From: a virus
Lineage: Duplodnaviria; Caudoviricetes
IMG/VR virus record: IMGVR_UViG_2868569063_000004
Span: 32,001 to 96,000 of that record
Length of the DNA stretch: 64,000 nt
Reading direction: 5' to 3' (one strand)
The translations under genes were made by a program, and so were the position numbers. The notes below the pieces were generated by a model that was not told the origin of the DNA, made no database searches, and saw only the letters and a program-made list of their open reading frames with translations. Shown in pieces: positions 29,169 to 40,088 of this stretch (its first letter is position 1; every line of letters begins with the position of its first letter).

Positions 29169-30380
29169 TTAGAAGTGATCCTTTTCGAAAAGATCAGCGA
29201 AGAGCTTACTGGTTTCTGATCGCACATCTTCTCCAAGATAGATACATCCAAATTTTTCATTTCCTTTAAACTCATTACACATTTTAATGAGAGGATTATT
29301 AATCGTTTTACTTAACAGGGATTGTTTATAATCACCTGCAAGATAAATTTTACTGTTCTCTCCAAGTCGTGTACCAATAAGTTTAATTTGACTTTCTGAT
29401 AAATCTTCTGCTTCATCACAGAGAATAACAGTGTCATTATAAGTAGTACCTTTCATAAAGAACGGTACATTAGTATCTAACACACCAGATACTTTCAAAC
29501 TCTGTAATTCGAACTCTCCGCCATTAAGAGACTGAGAGAGTGGTTCAAAGAATCTCCCAACTTTATCTTCCATGTCGCCTGGAAGGAATCCGATCTCTTT
29601 ACCTTCACCAGAAACTTCTCGTACACCTAAGATTTTACTATTTCTGCCTTTCTCCTTTACATTGTATAGTGCCATTTGCATAGAAAGGTAAGTTTTTCCG
29701 CTGCCGTAACCACCGAGAATAGCCGCAATAGTGATATCTGGGTTATTCAAAATATCTAATGCACAACGTTGTAAGGAGTTTTTTGCCTTAATAAATTTGG
29801 AAGATGGCAGTTTTAGTGCCACAAACCCCTGACCATCATAGCGCATTTCTTTAGTAGTGCCATCGTCAGTATTTTCAATAATGAGATACTCATTGGTGTA
29901 CCAAGTTGAATAATCTAGTTCAGCCATAGCCTGATTGATAGCATTAGTATCACCTTTAATTACTTTATATCCTTTATATATCTCGTTAGTAGGCTCTACG
30001 ATTCCGTACACTGGCAGGTTAAAGACTTTCCTTGCAATATTTTTGCAGCACAAATCATCTGAAATGAATTCAATATCCTGAACTTTAGATAGAGTATAAG
30101 CACTAAAAACAATCCTGTTGTCTGGTCTAACTGGATCCAATTCAAAATTTAACAGTTGTTTTTCCATTTCAAAATTATAATTTATTACGGAATACTGATC
30201 ATGATTCTGATCTAAAAGACGAGCTATATGTCTAGCTTTGTATTTGATATCCTCATCTTTTCGAGAGGATGTTTTGATATTTTCGATTTCTCTAAGAGTT
30301 TCATCAGAGATGAAGAATCTTTCTTTGAATGCTGCCTCCTGGAGATTCAGGAGAGCATTGGTATCATAAAATTTAGTAAT
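29169..30380 (-). CDS. PIN-PhoH protein; N-terminus extended to a probable ATT start
   Basis: In-frame FYDTNALL PIN motif upstream of the annotated Met; GGYGSGKT and CDEAED PhoH motifs. Confidence 0.85.
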   Translation of the reverse strand: MTKFYDTNALLNLQEAAFKERFFISDETLREIENIKTSSRKDEDIKYKARHIARLLDQNHDQYSVINYNFEMEKQLLNFELDPVRPDNRIVFSAYTLSKVQDIEFISDDLCCKNIARKVFNLPVYGIVEPTNEIYKGYKVIKGDTNAINQAMAELDYSTWYTNEYLIIENTDDGTTKEMRYDGQGFVALKLPSSKFIKAKNSLQRCALDILNNPDITIAAILGGYGSGKTYLSMQMALYNVKEKGRNSKILGVREVSGEGKEIGFLPGDMEDKVGRFFEPLSQSLNGGEFELQSLKVSGVLDTNVPFFMKGTTYNDTVILCDEAEDLSESQIKLIGTRLGENSKIYLAGDYKQSLLSKTINNPLIKMCNEFKGNEKFGCIYLGEDVRSETSKLFADLFEKDHF

Positions 30381-30587
30381 AGTTAGGCACTCCTTTACAG
30401 TGATTTTGCTTTATCAGCATAGTAGTCCTCAATATATCTGTTGTTGCCTGAGGTCTTGTAATATCCTACATGATATCCTTTTTTGTTAATGTAACCTTTG
30501 TGCGTGTTTCTAATGATACCTTTGTCCATTAGTTTTTCAATTTCTTTCTTAGAAATCGGTTTAATAATAATCAACTCTTTCTATAAT

Positions 30588-30818
30588 TTATTTTTTATTA
30601 AATAGATGTTCGTAGATTTCCATACCCCTGTCATTCAGCATCCTGTAGTAAGGTTCCTGAGAAGACTCCCCATTTCTTCTCACAGTCACACCGGAACAGG
30701 CTGCGTTGTCACAGCGGAGGATATTTACTCCATCTACTTTTTTCAATGTTTTCCCACAGACAGGACATTTTCCTAAAAATTTCTGTCTGGCAAAATAAAG
30801 TCTATTATTGTTTTTCAT
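30588..30818 (-). CDS. Small zinc-ribbon protein
   Basis: CPVCG...CDNAAC. Confidence 0.7.
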   Translation of the reverse strand: MKNNNRLYFARQKFLGKCPVCGKTLKKVDGVNILRCDNAACSGVTVRRNGESSQEPYYRMLNDRGMEIYEHLFNKK

Positions 30819-30914
30819 CTCTATATCTCCCTTTCATAATATGCAGAATTTAAAGAATCTCGCAAACGCGCCTGTAGAGCGCATTTGCGGAAACTGAGGT
30901 CTATTTTGATAGCG

Positions 30915-31793
30915 TTACATATGCCTTTTTTCTCTATGTTTAGCGACTCTTTGACGAGTTTTTTCTAAATCAATAATATTTTGGCATTCAGAACAAAGCG
31001 TAGAACGATTATTCTTGGACATTGTAAAAAATTCTTTGCCACAACAATCACACGTAATAAGTTTTGTTTCATCTTTAGCATTTTTACTCTGGCAGTCGGT
31101 ACAATAAGGATTCCTTGCTTTGGAACTTTTCACCTTGTACGGCTTCCCGCAGCGTTTACACAGCTTTATCTTAGACTTCGGACCCAAGTTCTGATATTGA
31201 TAGCCCAATTCACGCATATCTGTAATTTTAAGTACCGGATCAGACTCATTATCAACAAATGTGATTCTTATATTGAAGCGAGTTATCTTCTTGCTCACTT
31301 CAACCAAACCAACTTCTTTTAAGTCGTAGATCATATGTGGACGATCATCCACTTTACAGGCAACTCTGGCGAGCTTAAACCACATTTCCATAGGATAGTT
31401 GATCCAATTATTGTTAGTTTCAGATTTCAAATTATTGAACTTTGCAATGACCAAGAGTGTGAACACAAGTCTTTCCCTGGCGGGGTTTTTGATTTCCTTG
31501 ATAGTATCTAACTCTTTCTGCGTAATAGGTATATAGTCAATGTTCAACAGGTCTCTTTTTTTGGCTTTACTGATACATTTATCTATAAATGAATACCAAG
31601 CATTAATATCAAATTCTGGTACGACTTTTGATACAAATTCTTCTATATTATTATATATTTCTTTCTGTGTATACTTTTCCTGATACATATATCTTGTTAG
31701 AAGCGCTATGACTGAACCTAAGTCTTTAGGATTAAATTCACCTAGCTCTAACATCCTTTCAACATATTCTTTCTCATTGAGTATTAAATCCAT
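30915..31793 (-). CDS. Hypothetical protein with C-terminal Zn fingers, coupled to RNAP
   Basis: Start MDLILNE; four CxxC pairs. Confidence 0.75.
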   Translation of the reverse strand: MDLILNEKEYVERMLELGEFNPKDLGSVIALLTRYMYQEKYTQKEIYNNIEEFVSKVVPEFDINAWYSFIDKCISKAKKRDLLNIDYIPITQKELDTIKEIKNPARERLVFTLLVIAKFNNLKSETNNNWINYPMEMWFKLARVACKVDDRPHMIYDLKEVGLVEVSKKITRFNIRITFVDNESDPVLKITDMRELGYQYQNLGPKSKIKLCKRCGKPYKVKSSKARNPYCTDCQSKNAKDETKLITCDCCGKEFFTMSKNNRSTLCSECQNIIDLEKTRQRVAKHREKRHM

Positions 31794-32866
31794 TCTCTTT
31801 CTCCTTCCATGTAAACTTTTTTCATAGTAAAATGTTCTCCGCAATATTCTATATCCCCAGATGGATCCTTTACTGGTATTTGAGCATATCCTTCAGTACG
31901 TGAGAGAAGATTTTTGATAATAGTATCTCCTGACATTTCCCAGATAAAAGATTTTCCTTTTTTAGAACTGTATCCTAAATCAACAAGGATATTGCAGAGT
32001 TTCTCTGGATCAGATACATATTCAGCGCATTCAATTTTAAATGCTTTATTATATGAAGCAGAAAAAGCATCTGTTTTTGTGGTACAGGATCTGTTCATTT
32101 GTTTATTGAATTTATCATATATGCGTTCTATAAGTACTTTATCCTTATTTGTGTAGGTGGCATCTGACTTCAGAATAGAACTGTCAAACGGTACCTTACT
32201 TTCTTTTACATCAGCCAGTGTTTTCTCAATTTCCCAACAGAGTTCATTGACTACACAGGTTTCTGCATTGACTGGATAGAATTCTTTATAGAATTTGAGA
32301 AACTCTGCCTGTTCTTCAGTCAACTCTTGTGATGACAGCAGCTCTTCCAGTGGGATGTTAAACCTGGACCTGCTCACGGCGTCTGATGTTTTGATGTAGT
32401 CTTTGTATTCCTTCATGAGAGTAGGGTAGTTGTAGATGAAGAAATATGGCTTCTTATCTGCACAAATTCTCTGATTGAATTCCTTCTTAGTTATTTCTTC
32501 TGGTGTATCTGTTTCTTCTATACGGTTGTAGCTATTGTCATACCAATGTTTTGGCATAGGTTTAGCGATGATTCCTTTAGCTTTATCAATAGAGTTCTGT
32601 TGGAACAGCTGCCCACACAATATCCTGTAGTCTAAGACTTTATATTCCTCACTGTCTTTCGGGAACCTTGCCTGTAAGCATATCTGTGAAGTGATAACAT
32701 TAGTAATAGGACCAATCGCATCACCGAAAGAACCTTTATTAGCTTGTATCATATCTGTTTCAGTCGGAACTACCTTGTTTCCTTTACGTTGGATGCAATA
32801 GATTGGCGGTAGGTTTTCTGTATGTTTTAATAAGATAGTATTGTTAGTAGTAAACATTAAGTCTCC
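31784..32866 (-). CDS. YonO-like RNA polymerase, exon 2
   Basis: Begins GGA GAC (GD) after omega-G, completing NGADCD-GD; QNSIDKAKG motif. Confidence 0.88.
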   Translation of the reverse strand, partial: GDLMFTTNNTILLKHTENLPPIYCIQRKGNKVVPTETDMIQANKGSFGDAIGPITNVITSQICLQARFPKDSEEYKVLDYRILCGQLFQQNSIDKAKGIIAKPMPKHWYDNSYNRIEETDTPEEITKKEFNQRICADKKPYFFIYNYPTLMKEYKDYIKTSDAVSRSRFNIPLEELLSSQELTEEQAEFLKFYKEFYPVNAETCVVNELCWEIEKTLADVKESKVPFDSSILKSDATYTNKDKVLIERIYDKFNKQMNRSCTTKTDAFSASYNKAFKIECAEYVSDPEKLCNILVDLGYSSKKGKSFIWEMSGDTIIKNLLSRTEGYAQIPVKDPSGDIEYCGEHFTMKKVYMEGEREWI

Positions 32867-33859
32867 CGACTTAACACCTTATGTTTCCATAAGGACTAGA
32901 CTATATCTTCATCTGTAGCTCTATCACCAAGATACAGATGCTCGGCACTTCCCCTGCGAGGATTCCACTCACAAGGTACTCTACTTGCTTCTTTACTTAA
33001 GTATTTCTCTTAAGCTATGCTTTCGATAGTCGTTAAACTTTTCTCATTATTGAGACTTAGCACAGTATTGTCTTTGGAAAAATAGTATGTGTGTTTATAT
33101 ATGTTACCTGTTTCTATATAATATGGGATTCTTCCTGCTAGACCTGCCGGAGATGAAGAAGAGTGCAGTTGTTTCAACACATATTCTGCGCATAACTGCA
33201 TGTATGGAAAAGTTGCTATTACATTTTTGTCTTTATCTAACAAACATACTGGAATAGCTCTTCCATTCTGTCCTCCGGGACGAGATTGTTTTTCTTTTGA
33301 ATATGCAGGATCAGCTTTGTACTTCTGACTGAGTGTGGTGTTTCCGTAGTTGGGATTTTTCTTGCCACTATAATCTAACGTCTGCGAAGCATGTCTGCCA
33401 GCAGCGAGAGTATAGTCAATATTTTCTTTATGTGAACACCATTCTAAGTTATCTACACTGTTGTTTGTGCGATTGTAATCTTTATGATTTACTTCCGGTA
33501 AATTTAAAGGATTAGGGATAAATGCTTTTGCTACTAATCTATGAACACTGGCAACTGTTCTGTTTCCTGTTTTACCGACAGTAATACACATGTACCCATC
33601 TGAATTCATACGTTGTTTTATTTCCTGATGATATTTCGCTCTACCACGATTATGAGTACTAAATATTTTTCCATCTTCACGAACTATGTAATCAATACCT
33701 TTTACATTTAAAATTCTTTCTTCTATTGTTCTCACCTTCTTTTTTATAATCTATTTTTCCAATAAGAGTTCCACTGTTAGCCCGGTACTTCCGGACACCT
33801 TACATTTGTAAGTTCACCGAGTTTTACATATACATCGCTGTATAAGGTGACAGAGTTTT
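32867..33859 (-). ncRNA. Group I intron (993 nt) in the RNA polymerase gene
   Basis: P1 GUGAU/GUCAC with U-G; P7 strands at 33031-33026 and 32904-32899 (AAGAUAUAGUCU); P9 CCUUAUG-GAAA-CAUAAGG; terminal G. Confidence 0.92.
33010..33735 (-). CDS. Intron-encoded HNH homing endonuclease
   Basis: VHRLVAKAFIPNP...VNHKD...NNSVDNLEW; 3' end overlaps the intron core. Confidence 0.92.
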   Translation of the reverse strand: MRTIEERILNVKGIDYIVREDGKIFSTHNRGRAKYHQEIKQRMNSDGYMCITVGKTGNRTVASVHRLVAKAFIPNPLNLPEVNHKDYNRTNNSVDNLEWCSHKENIDYTLAAGRHASQTLDYSGKKNPNYGNTTLSQKYKADPAYSKEKQSRPGGQNGRAIPVCLLDKDKNVIATFPYMQLCAEYVLKQLHSSSSPAGLAGRIPYYIETGNIYKHTYYFSKDNTVLSLNNEKSLTTIESIA

Positions 33860-35506
33860 ATCACAATCAGCTCCATTAAGAGCTTCTTTAGTACTATCCC
33901 ATGAGTTTAACAACATACATGTGTTTATATATCTATACCAATAAGTCATATCAGGAGTCCCTACTATCTTAAGCTTACGCACATTGTATTTGCTTGTCAT
34001 AGGTGCTCTGAAGCAGCAGACCTCGCTGACTCCTCGATCAAGCCAATGTTTATGCCAGCATTCCCCAGCGTGGAGTAATCCTGTGACCGGTAAACCAAAG
34101 ATACTCTGCATCAAGCTATACGGATCCCCTCCAATGATGGCAAAGTTACCCCTCACTTTGAGTACACCAATCTTGGCCTGTCTGATTTTTTTCTTTATCA
34201 TATTGTAGATTCTGTCTCTGATGTAAGGATCATGAATCATCTGTGGCTCAATCATGAGAGCATTGATATACGGTTCTTCATCAATATAGGAATCTTCTGT
34301 AAGATTTGTTCCTCTCAGAAATAGGAGTGACTTCCTGTAATCTAATCCAAGGATTTCTTGAATTTCTTCTACTGTAGGACGGACCAATTCAGTTACTTCT
34401 TCCGGTGTAAGGTGGTAATTCTGCAGGAACTGGTAATTTGTGCTTCTGTACTCATCAAGTCTTGCAGGAGCAGTCTTGGCTATAGATATTTGATAATGAT
34501 ATTTTTCTATATTGGACCAGTAATCTTCGAAAGAAGAGTAGGAATCCCATAATTTAAGCATAGAAGTAGTAATAATCAGTTCAGACTCTCTGATATCTCT
34601 CATATCTCCCCAGGCATCTTTTATATAGAAGTTTTTCGCTATAGATTCCCCAAAAGCTAAGTAATCCATTGTGAAAACCATGCCCTTTGTCCATGGAAGT
34701 CCTCTGAGATTACAGCCAGATAAAAAATCTTCTTCTTCGTCAAGCTCTCTTGCCCAACGGTAAGAGAGTGATGGAAGCATGATTCCGTAACCGTCTGATT
34801 CCATAAGCTCTATTTCTTGATCCTTGAGGAACTCTACTATTGGTTCATCAGACTGAGAGTCATCTACACGAATAATGTCTTCTGTGAAATGAGTAATGCA
34901 GTCAGGAACGACTATGATCCCTTTTGGCATACTTACTGGAATACTACCGGAACAGATCAGTGCCTGGTACGCTTCAAGTTTAGCTGGCACAAATTTTTGT
35001 TCTAGGTTCCTACCGCAACAGAGACGCTCATAGAGCTGGGGATATAGCCTTTCAGAGACATAAACAATAGTAGAATTCTTTATGCCCCCGTTGGTGCCTA
35101 GGAGTCTGTGATATTTTATTCCATTGATAGAAAAGCCTTTATTGGCTCTGTTATAATCAGACATTTTATCAATGATCAGACACATGTAATCTGGAACAAA
35201 TTGAAGATTATAGAATCTTTTATAGAGATTTGCTATGAGAGTATCTTTCTTAGAAGAATCAGATTTTTTGAGACGCTTGATTTCTTTCTTTATATAAGAA
35301 GCTTCTTCTTCTCTGGCTTCACTGGTGTCTCCGTTGAGTTCATCAATGAATCTGAGAATCTGGCTATCAGACAGAGAAATAATGTCTTCTGTGTTTAGAG
35401 CTTCCTCTAATGGATATTCTAGCTTCCAGCGTGATCTGCGAAGACGTTCACTGTGGAGCTTGAATAAGTATCTTTTACATTTTTTCTGCTTTGCTATTGT
35501 AATCAT
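33860..35506 (-). CDS. YonO-like (cellular RdRP-fold) single-subunit RNA polymerase, exon 1
   Basis: SDGYG, FRAP and LNGADCD motifs; spliced product about 909 aa. Confidence 0.88.
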
Positions 35507-35794
35507 TCCTTTCTTTGGTAGCGAGCTATGAGGGTCTTACTTTCTTTCTCTCACTCGCTTCGCTCATTCGTTCAATCAGTTCGAGTTGGATTTATTACAC
35601 CTGTAAAAAACAACAATTATTATTTATATAAAAAATAATTACTATATTTTTTTGGTGTAATAAAAAACAATCAACGTCTGAACGCAAAATTTTTTCAGAA
35701 GCAGCTGCTTTAGGCGAGGCGCTTAACCGCCGAGTGTAGAAAGTAGCGCTGAAAAAACTTTCATGTGTTCAGACCTCAGGCTTCGCCTTTCGCT

Positions 35795-36661
35795 CTATTG
35801 CAACCTGACAGCGGTGTCAATTATTGAATTCATTTTCTTATTATTCAGTGCATCACATTTGGAACTTGCATCTTTCAACTTTTGTATTATTAAATTGTTT
35901 AGAGTATGAGGATCTGATAATGGAAGAGTATTAAACTGCTTAATCTCAGTAAATACGTAACATTTTGTATATCTTTTTACTCCTAGCGGCTCCAATTTTT
36001 TAAGAATAAAATCAGTATATTCTTTTGCTTTGGAACTATGTAAGATAGACCATTCATCTTTATATGAAGTTTGTGCCAAAGCTTGAGCTTTTACATCTTC
36101 CATGTAGTCTATTGGAATGTCTACTGGTTTGTGTCCTTCTTTGAATGTATAGGCATAGTCCATATGATATGAAATACAACCTTTCTCTTCAAATTTCCTC
36201 AAATTTATATATAATATTTGTGCAATGATACAATTTATTTTTTTATGAAAATATCTATAAGAAGAAAGAGAGAGTTCTGTTGCATTCACACAATCTAAAA
36301 AATATTTTGGTCTCGTGAATCTGTCACTCGTAAACCCTAAGAGTTCATAAAGGTCTGTTACGGAATATTTCTTATTGAGTTCCAGATGCTGTAAGTTTGC
36401 ATAGATTGCTGAGTTATATTTTCCATGTGGACAATACTCTTTTTGTTTACGTTTAGGTTTAGTCTTAGGTTCTTTATATATTTCGTCAATGATCAATTTG
36501 TGGGTACCTGTAATTTTTTTCCATGAGAAATATAATTTGAATTTTTCCTGCTGTAGAACATAGCCTTTTCCGGCAGGCATCTTCTGACCAGTAAGAGCTA
36601 CTGACAGTTCCTGCATGTTCTTAAATTCCTGACCGGGTAAAATTTTTGTGGTGTCGATCAA
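35795..36661 (-). CDS. Hypothetical basic protein, possibly DNA-binding
   Basis: 288 aa; TTG start with SD AGGAGG. Confidence 0.7.
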   Translation of the reverse strand: MIDTTKILPGQEFKNMQELSVALTGQKMPAGKGYVLQQEKFKLYFSWKKITGTHKLIIDEIYKEPKTKPKRKQKEYCPHGKYNSAIYANLQHLELNKKYSVTDLYELLGFTSDRFTRPKYFLDCVNATELSLSSYRYFHKKINCIIAQILYINLRKFEEKGCISYHMDYAYTFKEGHKPVDIPIDYMEDVKAQALAQTSYKDEWSILHSSKAKEYTDFILKKLEPLGVKRYTKCYVFTEIKQFNTLPLSDPHTLNNLIIQKLKDASSKCDALNNKKMNSIIDTAVRLQ

Positions 36662-36765
36662 GTTTCTTACCTCCTAAATAATGGGTTTATTTGAGTATAT
36701 GGATCAAATTTCTTTTGTAAGAGGCTCACTGTAAAGTTGTAAGCCTCTCACTGTAAAATCAAAAT

Positions 36766-37872
36766 TTACTTACAGATTTCATAATACTGAGCAGACAGTT
36801 TCTCAATGTCTGGACCGAAGATTACACATGCTATTTCAGCTAGATCATTGAACATACCAATGTGCTCTATGTAATCTAAACGGTTCTGTAGCTTAGGCTT
36901 ATGTGTCTCATTGTAATGTTCAAGCTGTACTTTAGTATTCATATGAAACTTATTGTCGAACTCTCTGTAGAGGAATGGCCAACGTGTATGAGGACTTCCT
37001 CCGAAGCGTACAATTCTATTGAGGATCTGACGTTTATCTGCTAATGGAATGTCTGATGTAAGATTACGAATGATGTCTTCCTGATGTGAAATAGTGTGAT
37101 TCTGCTGCTGAATTGTATTGTTCTGTTGCTGGATAGTATCAAGAGTAGTTTTAAAAAGAAGTCGAGTGTTCTGATCCGCAAATGGGAGATAGGTGTTTAG
37201 GAAAAGGTCGGACTGTGATGGGTTAACGTAGCCCCCTGTCTTACGAATGGAGGGAAGTACTTCTGAAGTAACCCAATGCTTGAACTCTTTTGCTGATGGA
37301 AGCTTACTGCTGAGAATAAGGGAGTAGAGACCGGATTCGTTGATCCAAACGGGATGTTGAGTTCTTCCAAAACTGTCTATAATAGATGGGGCGTCTCCGG
37401 GACGGGTCATCTTATCTTCATCAGAAATATTCTTTCTAATAGCTTGTGTGGTATCTGAATATCCCAATGCTACAGCTACATCCTTACCTACGAACCATGG
37501 TTCCCCTGAGATTTCAACAGTTCTCAGCTCACCAAATTCTGGATGATTGAACACTGTTGGGGCTTCTGTTGGCGTAGACGCTTCTGAAAGATGATTTATA
37601 AACCAGTTTAGATGTTCTTCGGTAGGATCTATTTCTTTGAAACCTGCATAGTTAATGATGATAAGTTTACGGGAATTAAAAATAGTATGATCGGTATTTT
37701 CAGGTGAAACATGGTATTTTATAGCTCGCCAGGTGTCTTTGTAACCACAGATAGCTGCAACATCTTTACCGATGAACCATGTGGTGCCTTCAATGATAGA
37801 GTATCTGAGAGGGATTGAAATTGAATCATTAGTGTGGTATAGTAATGTGTGGGTATTAGTAAAAGTCTTCAT
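36766..37872 (-). CDS. BRO-N family antirepressor (tandem BRO-N)
   Basis: WFIGKDVA and WFVGKDVA...INESGLYSLILSSKLPSAKEFKHWVTSEVLPSIRKTG. Confidence 0.9.
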   Translation of the reverse strand: MKTFTNTHTLLYHTNDSISIPLRYSIIEGTTWFIGKDVAAICGYKDTWRAIKYHVSPENTDHTIFNSRKLIIINYAGFKEIDPTEEHLNWFINHLSEASTPTEAPTVFNHPEFGELRTVEISGEPWFVGKDVAVALGYSDTTQAIRKNISDEDKMTRPGDAPSIIDSFGRTQHPVWINESGLYSLILSSKLPSAKEFKHWVTSEVLPSIRKTGGYVNPSQSDLFLNTYLPFADQNTRLLFKTTLDTIQQQNNTIQQQNHTISHQEDIIRNLTSDIPLADKRQILNRIVRFGGSPHTRWPFLYREFDNKFHMNTKVQLEHYNETHKPKLQNRLDYIEHIGMFNDLAEIACVIFGPDIEKLSAQYYEICK

Positions 37873-37884
37873 ATAAAATACTCC

Positions 37885-38154
37885 TTATGATTTATAAACT
37901 TGTTTACGGGTTAAAGCTTCAAGCTCATCATAGTCATACTCAGTTAAGTGGGAATCTGTAGTATTGATCAGGAACTCGTTGGGTTCGAAAGATGAGAGAA
38001 GTGAGTCTAAGAGTAGAAGAGTGTTTTGTACACCTAGATTGTAGCCTTTTACTGCATCTGGAGGTGCAGTAGATAGAATGGCTGACTTGTGAGAATCAAG
38101 TTGTTTCTGGAGTTCTTGAGTAAGATTGACTCCAATAAAAGTAATGTCGTTCAT
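37885..38154 (-). CDS. Hypothetical protein
   Basis: 89 aa; SD AGGAGG; downstream of a consensus promoter. Confidence 0.75.
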   Translation of the reverse strand: MNDITFIGVNLTQELQKQLDSHKSAILSTAPPDAVKGYNLGVQNTLLLLDSLLSSFEPNEFLINTTDSHLTEYDYDELEALTRKQVYKS

Positions 38155-38194
38155 ATGTGCCTCCTGTGATTTCTATCCCTTTCGGGATAAGTGT

Positions 38195-38223
38195 ATTATA
38201 GCACTGGCTACGAAAAATGTCAA
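38195..38223 (-). promoter_or_regulatory. Consensus sigma-A promoter, leftward
   Basis: TTGACA-17-TATAAT with extended TG. Confidence 0.85.
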
Positions 38224-38661
38224 CAGAATTTTACAAACTTGTTTAGAAAAATAAAAACAGGTGAATCAGGAAAACATATATAATAAGGAAGAAACTCTGA
38301 TCTGGAAATCGAGTGAGAGAGATGTGATGATCGGAGAATCTGGGAACATGGATCCGAAATCTGAACTTGGTGTCAAAAAAGCTCTGCATCCCCCGGAAAC
38401 ACTGCATTTTTAAGGAAAATTTGGCATAAGTACCCTCGGTCTAAAACGTGCGAAAATGCTTATTTTCAAACCTTTAGTGGGCAAATGTGAACAGTTTGGA
38501 CTGATTTTGATTGTTTCTGACTGAAATGGTAGGAATGCTAGGATTTATGCAACGGTAAGATGTATCGTTTTATAAATGCCCCGTTTTTAAGGCTTTAAAG
38601 TGATAAAGTGGATAGCCCTAGTATACTTTAATAAATCAGTGTTATACATCCGTACCGTAGC

Positions 38662-38731
38662 GAAATTTTACAGTATTGAAATTTTACAATTGGAAAATTT
38701 TGCAGTGATAATACTACAGAATTTTACAGTA
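38662..38731 (+). repeat. Four direct repeats AATTTT(A/G)CA(G/A)T
   Basis: gaaattttacagt / gaaattttacaat / aaattttgcagt / gaattttacagt. Confidence 0.65.
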
Positions 38732-38966
38732 CTAAAGTAATCAGAATATTCAGTCAATATAACGAATTGTATTGAATTGTGTCTGATTTCTCAGCTCAGA
38801 CCCACAGGAAAATCAAATTGTTATTATAATTGTACATTGAAGAATAATGTTTCTGGCAAATAATTATATTTGTACTGAATTGTCTGACAATTGACTTCTG
38901 GTAAAAACAGCTCAGGTAAATTGTATATACAATTAAACAAATTGAATAGAAAAGAGGCGTATATTT

Positions 38967-39143
38967 ATGTCAAATTATGAATATAACAAGAAATATGCAG
39001 AAGAATGGAATAAAAACAATACAAAAAACATAACTATCAGATTATCAAACTCACAATATGAAAAATTGCAAAACTATTGTGATTCTAACAAAATTGCACG
39101 CGCAACTTTTATTAAATCACGAATAGCAGACATAATTGATTAA
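38967..39143 (+). CDS. Ribbon-helix-helix-like protein, 58 aa (not in ORF track)
   Basis: KNITIRLSNSQYEKLQNYC...RATFIK; resembles 44106-44291. Confidence 0.6.
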   Translation: MSNYEYNKKYAEEWNKNNTKNITIRLSNSQYEKLQNYCDSNKIARATFIKSRIADIID

Positions 39144-39400
39144 ACTTTACTAATTAACACTCTATTCTAAATATTTAATCTATTCTAAATATTCATATGT
39201 ATTACACTGTGCATATAAGTACATACAGTAATACGTATTACGCTCTGTATGCAGACTGTCTGATCCTGTCAACCTTTATTTTTCGCTTTAATAGGAAATA
39301 ATTTTTCACGAAAAAACTTTTTTTCATGCCAAAAAGCCTGTATTTATGCGGGTTTGCGGGCTTTTGTAAACGTGTAAATAAAAATATTTTCAAAAAAGTG

Positions 39401-39429
39401 TTGACATTCTATGTAATCCGTAGTAGTAT
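39401..39429 (+). promoter_or_regulatory. Strong early promoter 1
   Basis: TTGACA-17-TAGTAT with upstream A/T tracts. Confidence 0.75.
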
Positions 39430-39574
39430 AAACGTGTCGACAGGGAAGAGCAACAATCCCTAGTCGGTGGGAAGATGCTTCTTAAGAAGTGGGAATCCCT
39501 AGTGTAAGAGATGAAACATCAAGTAACTTGTAAACTAGCAAATAAAACTTTTTCAAAAAAGTTTTAAAAAGTAC

Positions 39575-39603
39575 TTGACACAACCAAACAGTTGTGGTAA
39601 AGT
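39575..39603 (+). promoter_or_regulatory. Strong early promoter 2
   Basis: TTGACA-17-TAAAGT, extended TG, UP-like tracts. Confidence 0.75.
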
Positions 39604-39691
39604 ACAATCATCAACAAGAGCACAACTTGTTGAGTAACAAAAAAGCCCTTGCGCTAACAAGGGCAGAGATAACTGAATAGGAGGTGATTAC

Positions 39692-39805
39692 ATGAACCTT
39701 AAAGGTTTTGACGTTCCAGATGGGTTCATGGGATGGGTGGACTCTATCCAGCGGTATATGCTTTTTGCTTCATACCGTGACTATAGAGAATACCTTGAGC
39801 CATAG
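39692..39805 (+). CDS. 37-aa small protein (not in ORF track)
   Basis: MNLKGFDVPDGFMGWVDSIQRYMLFASYRDYREYLEP*; SD AGGAGGT; GC hairpin follows. Confidence 0.7.
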   Translation: MNLKGFDVPDGFMGWVDSIQRYMLFASYRDYREYLEP

Positions 39806-40088
39806 GGGGCTTTTGCCCCCTAAACCCTAAACAGTTATTGTAACTATTATACCATATTGCCTTGCATGATGCAAGAGTACGTTCCTTGAAATCATATATA
39901 GTTAGTGCGTCTACACCTTGATGGGTAGCTTGCCACGTCCAAACTTTCACCTTGATGGGATTGTCTGGAATCTCTAGTAATAGAGCGCAAGAGTGCTGTC
40001 TATATTACATATGCTTATTAACAGTCTACGGACTAACTATATATTTTAAGTGATAAACAATAAAATAAATCCACAGGAGGAAATTATT

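Noticed and set aside
38160-39690. CRISPR array or DGR
   Set aside because: Repeats are about 11 bp and irregularly spaced; no cas or reverse transcriptase gene and no TR/VR pair seen.
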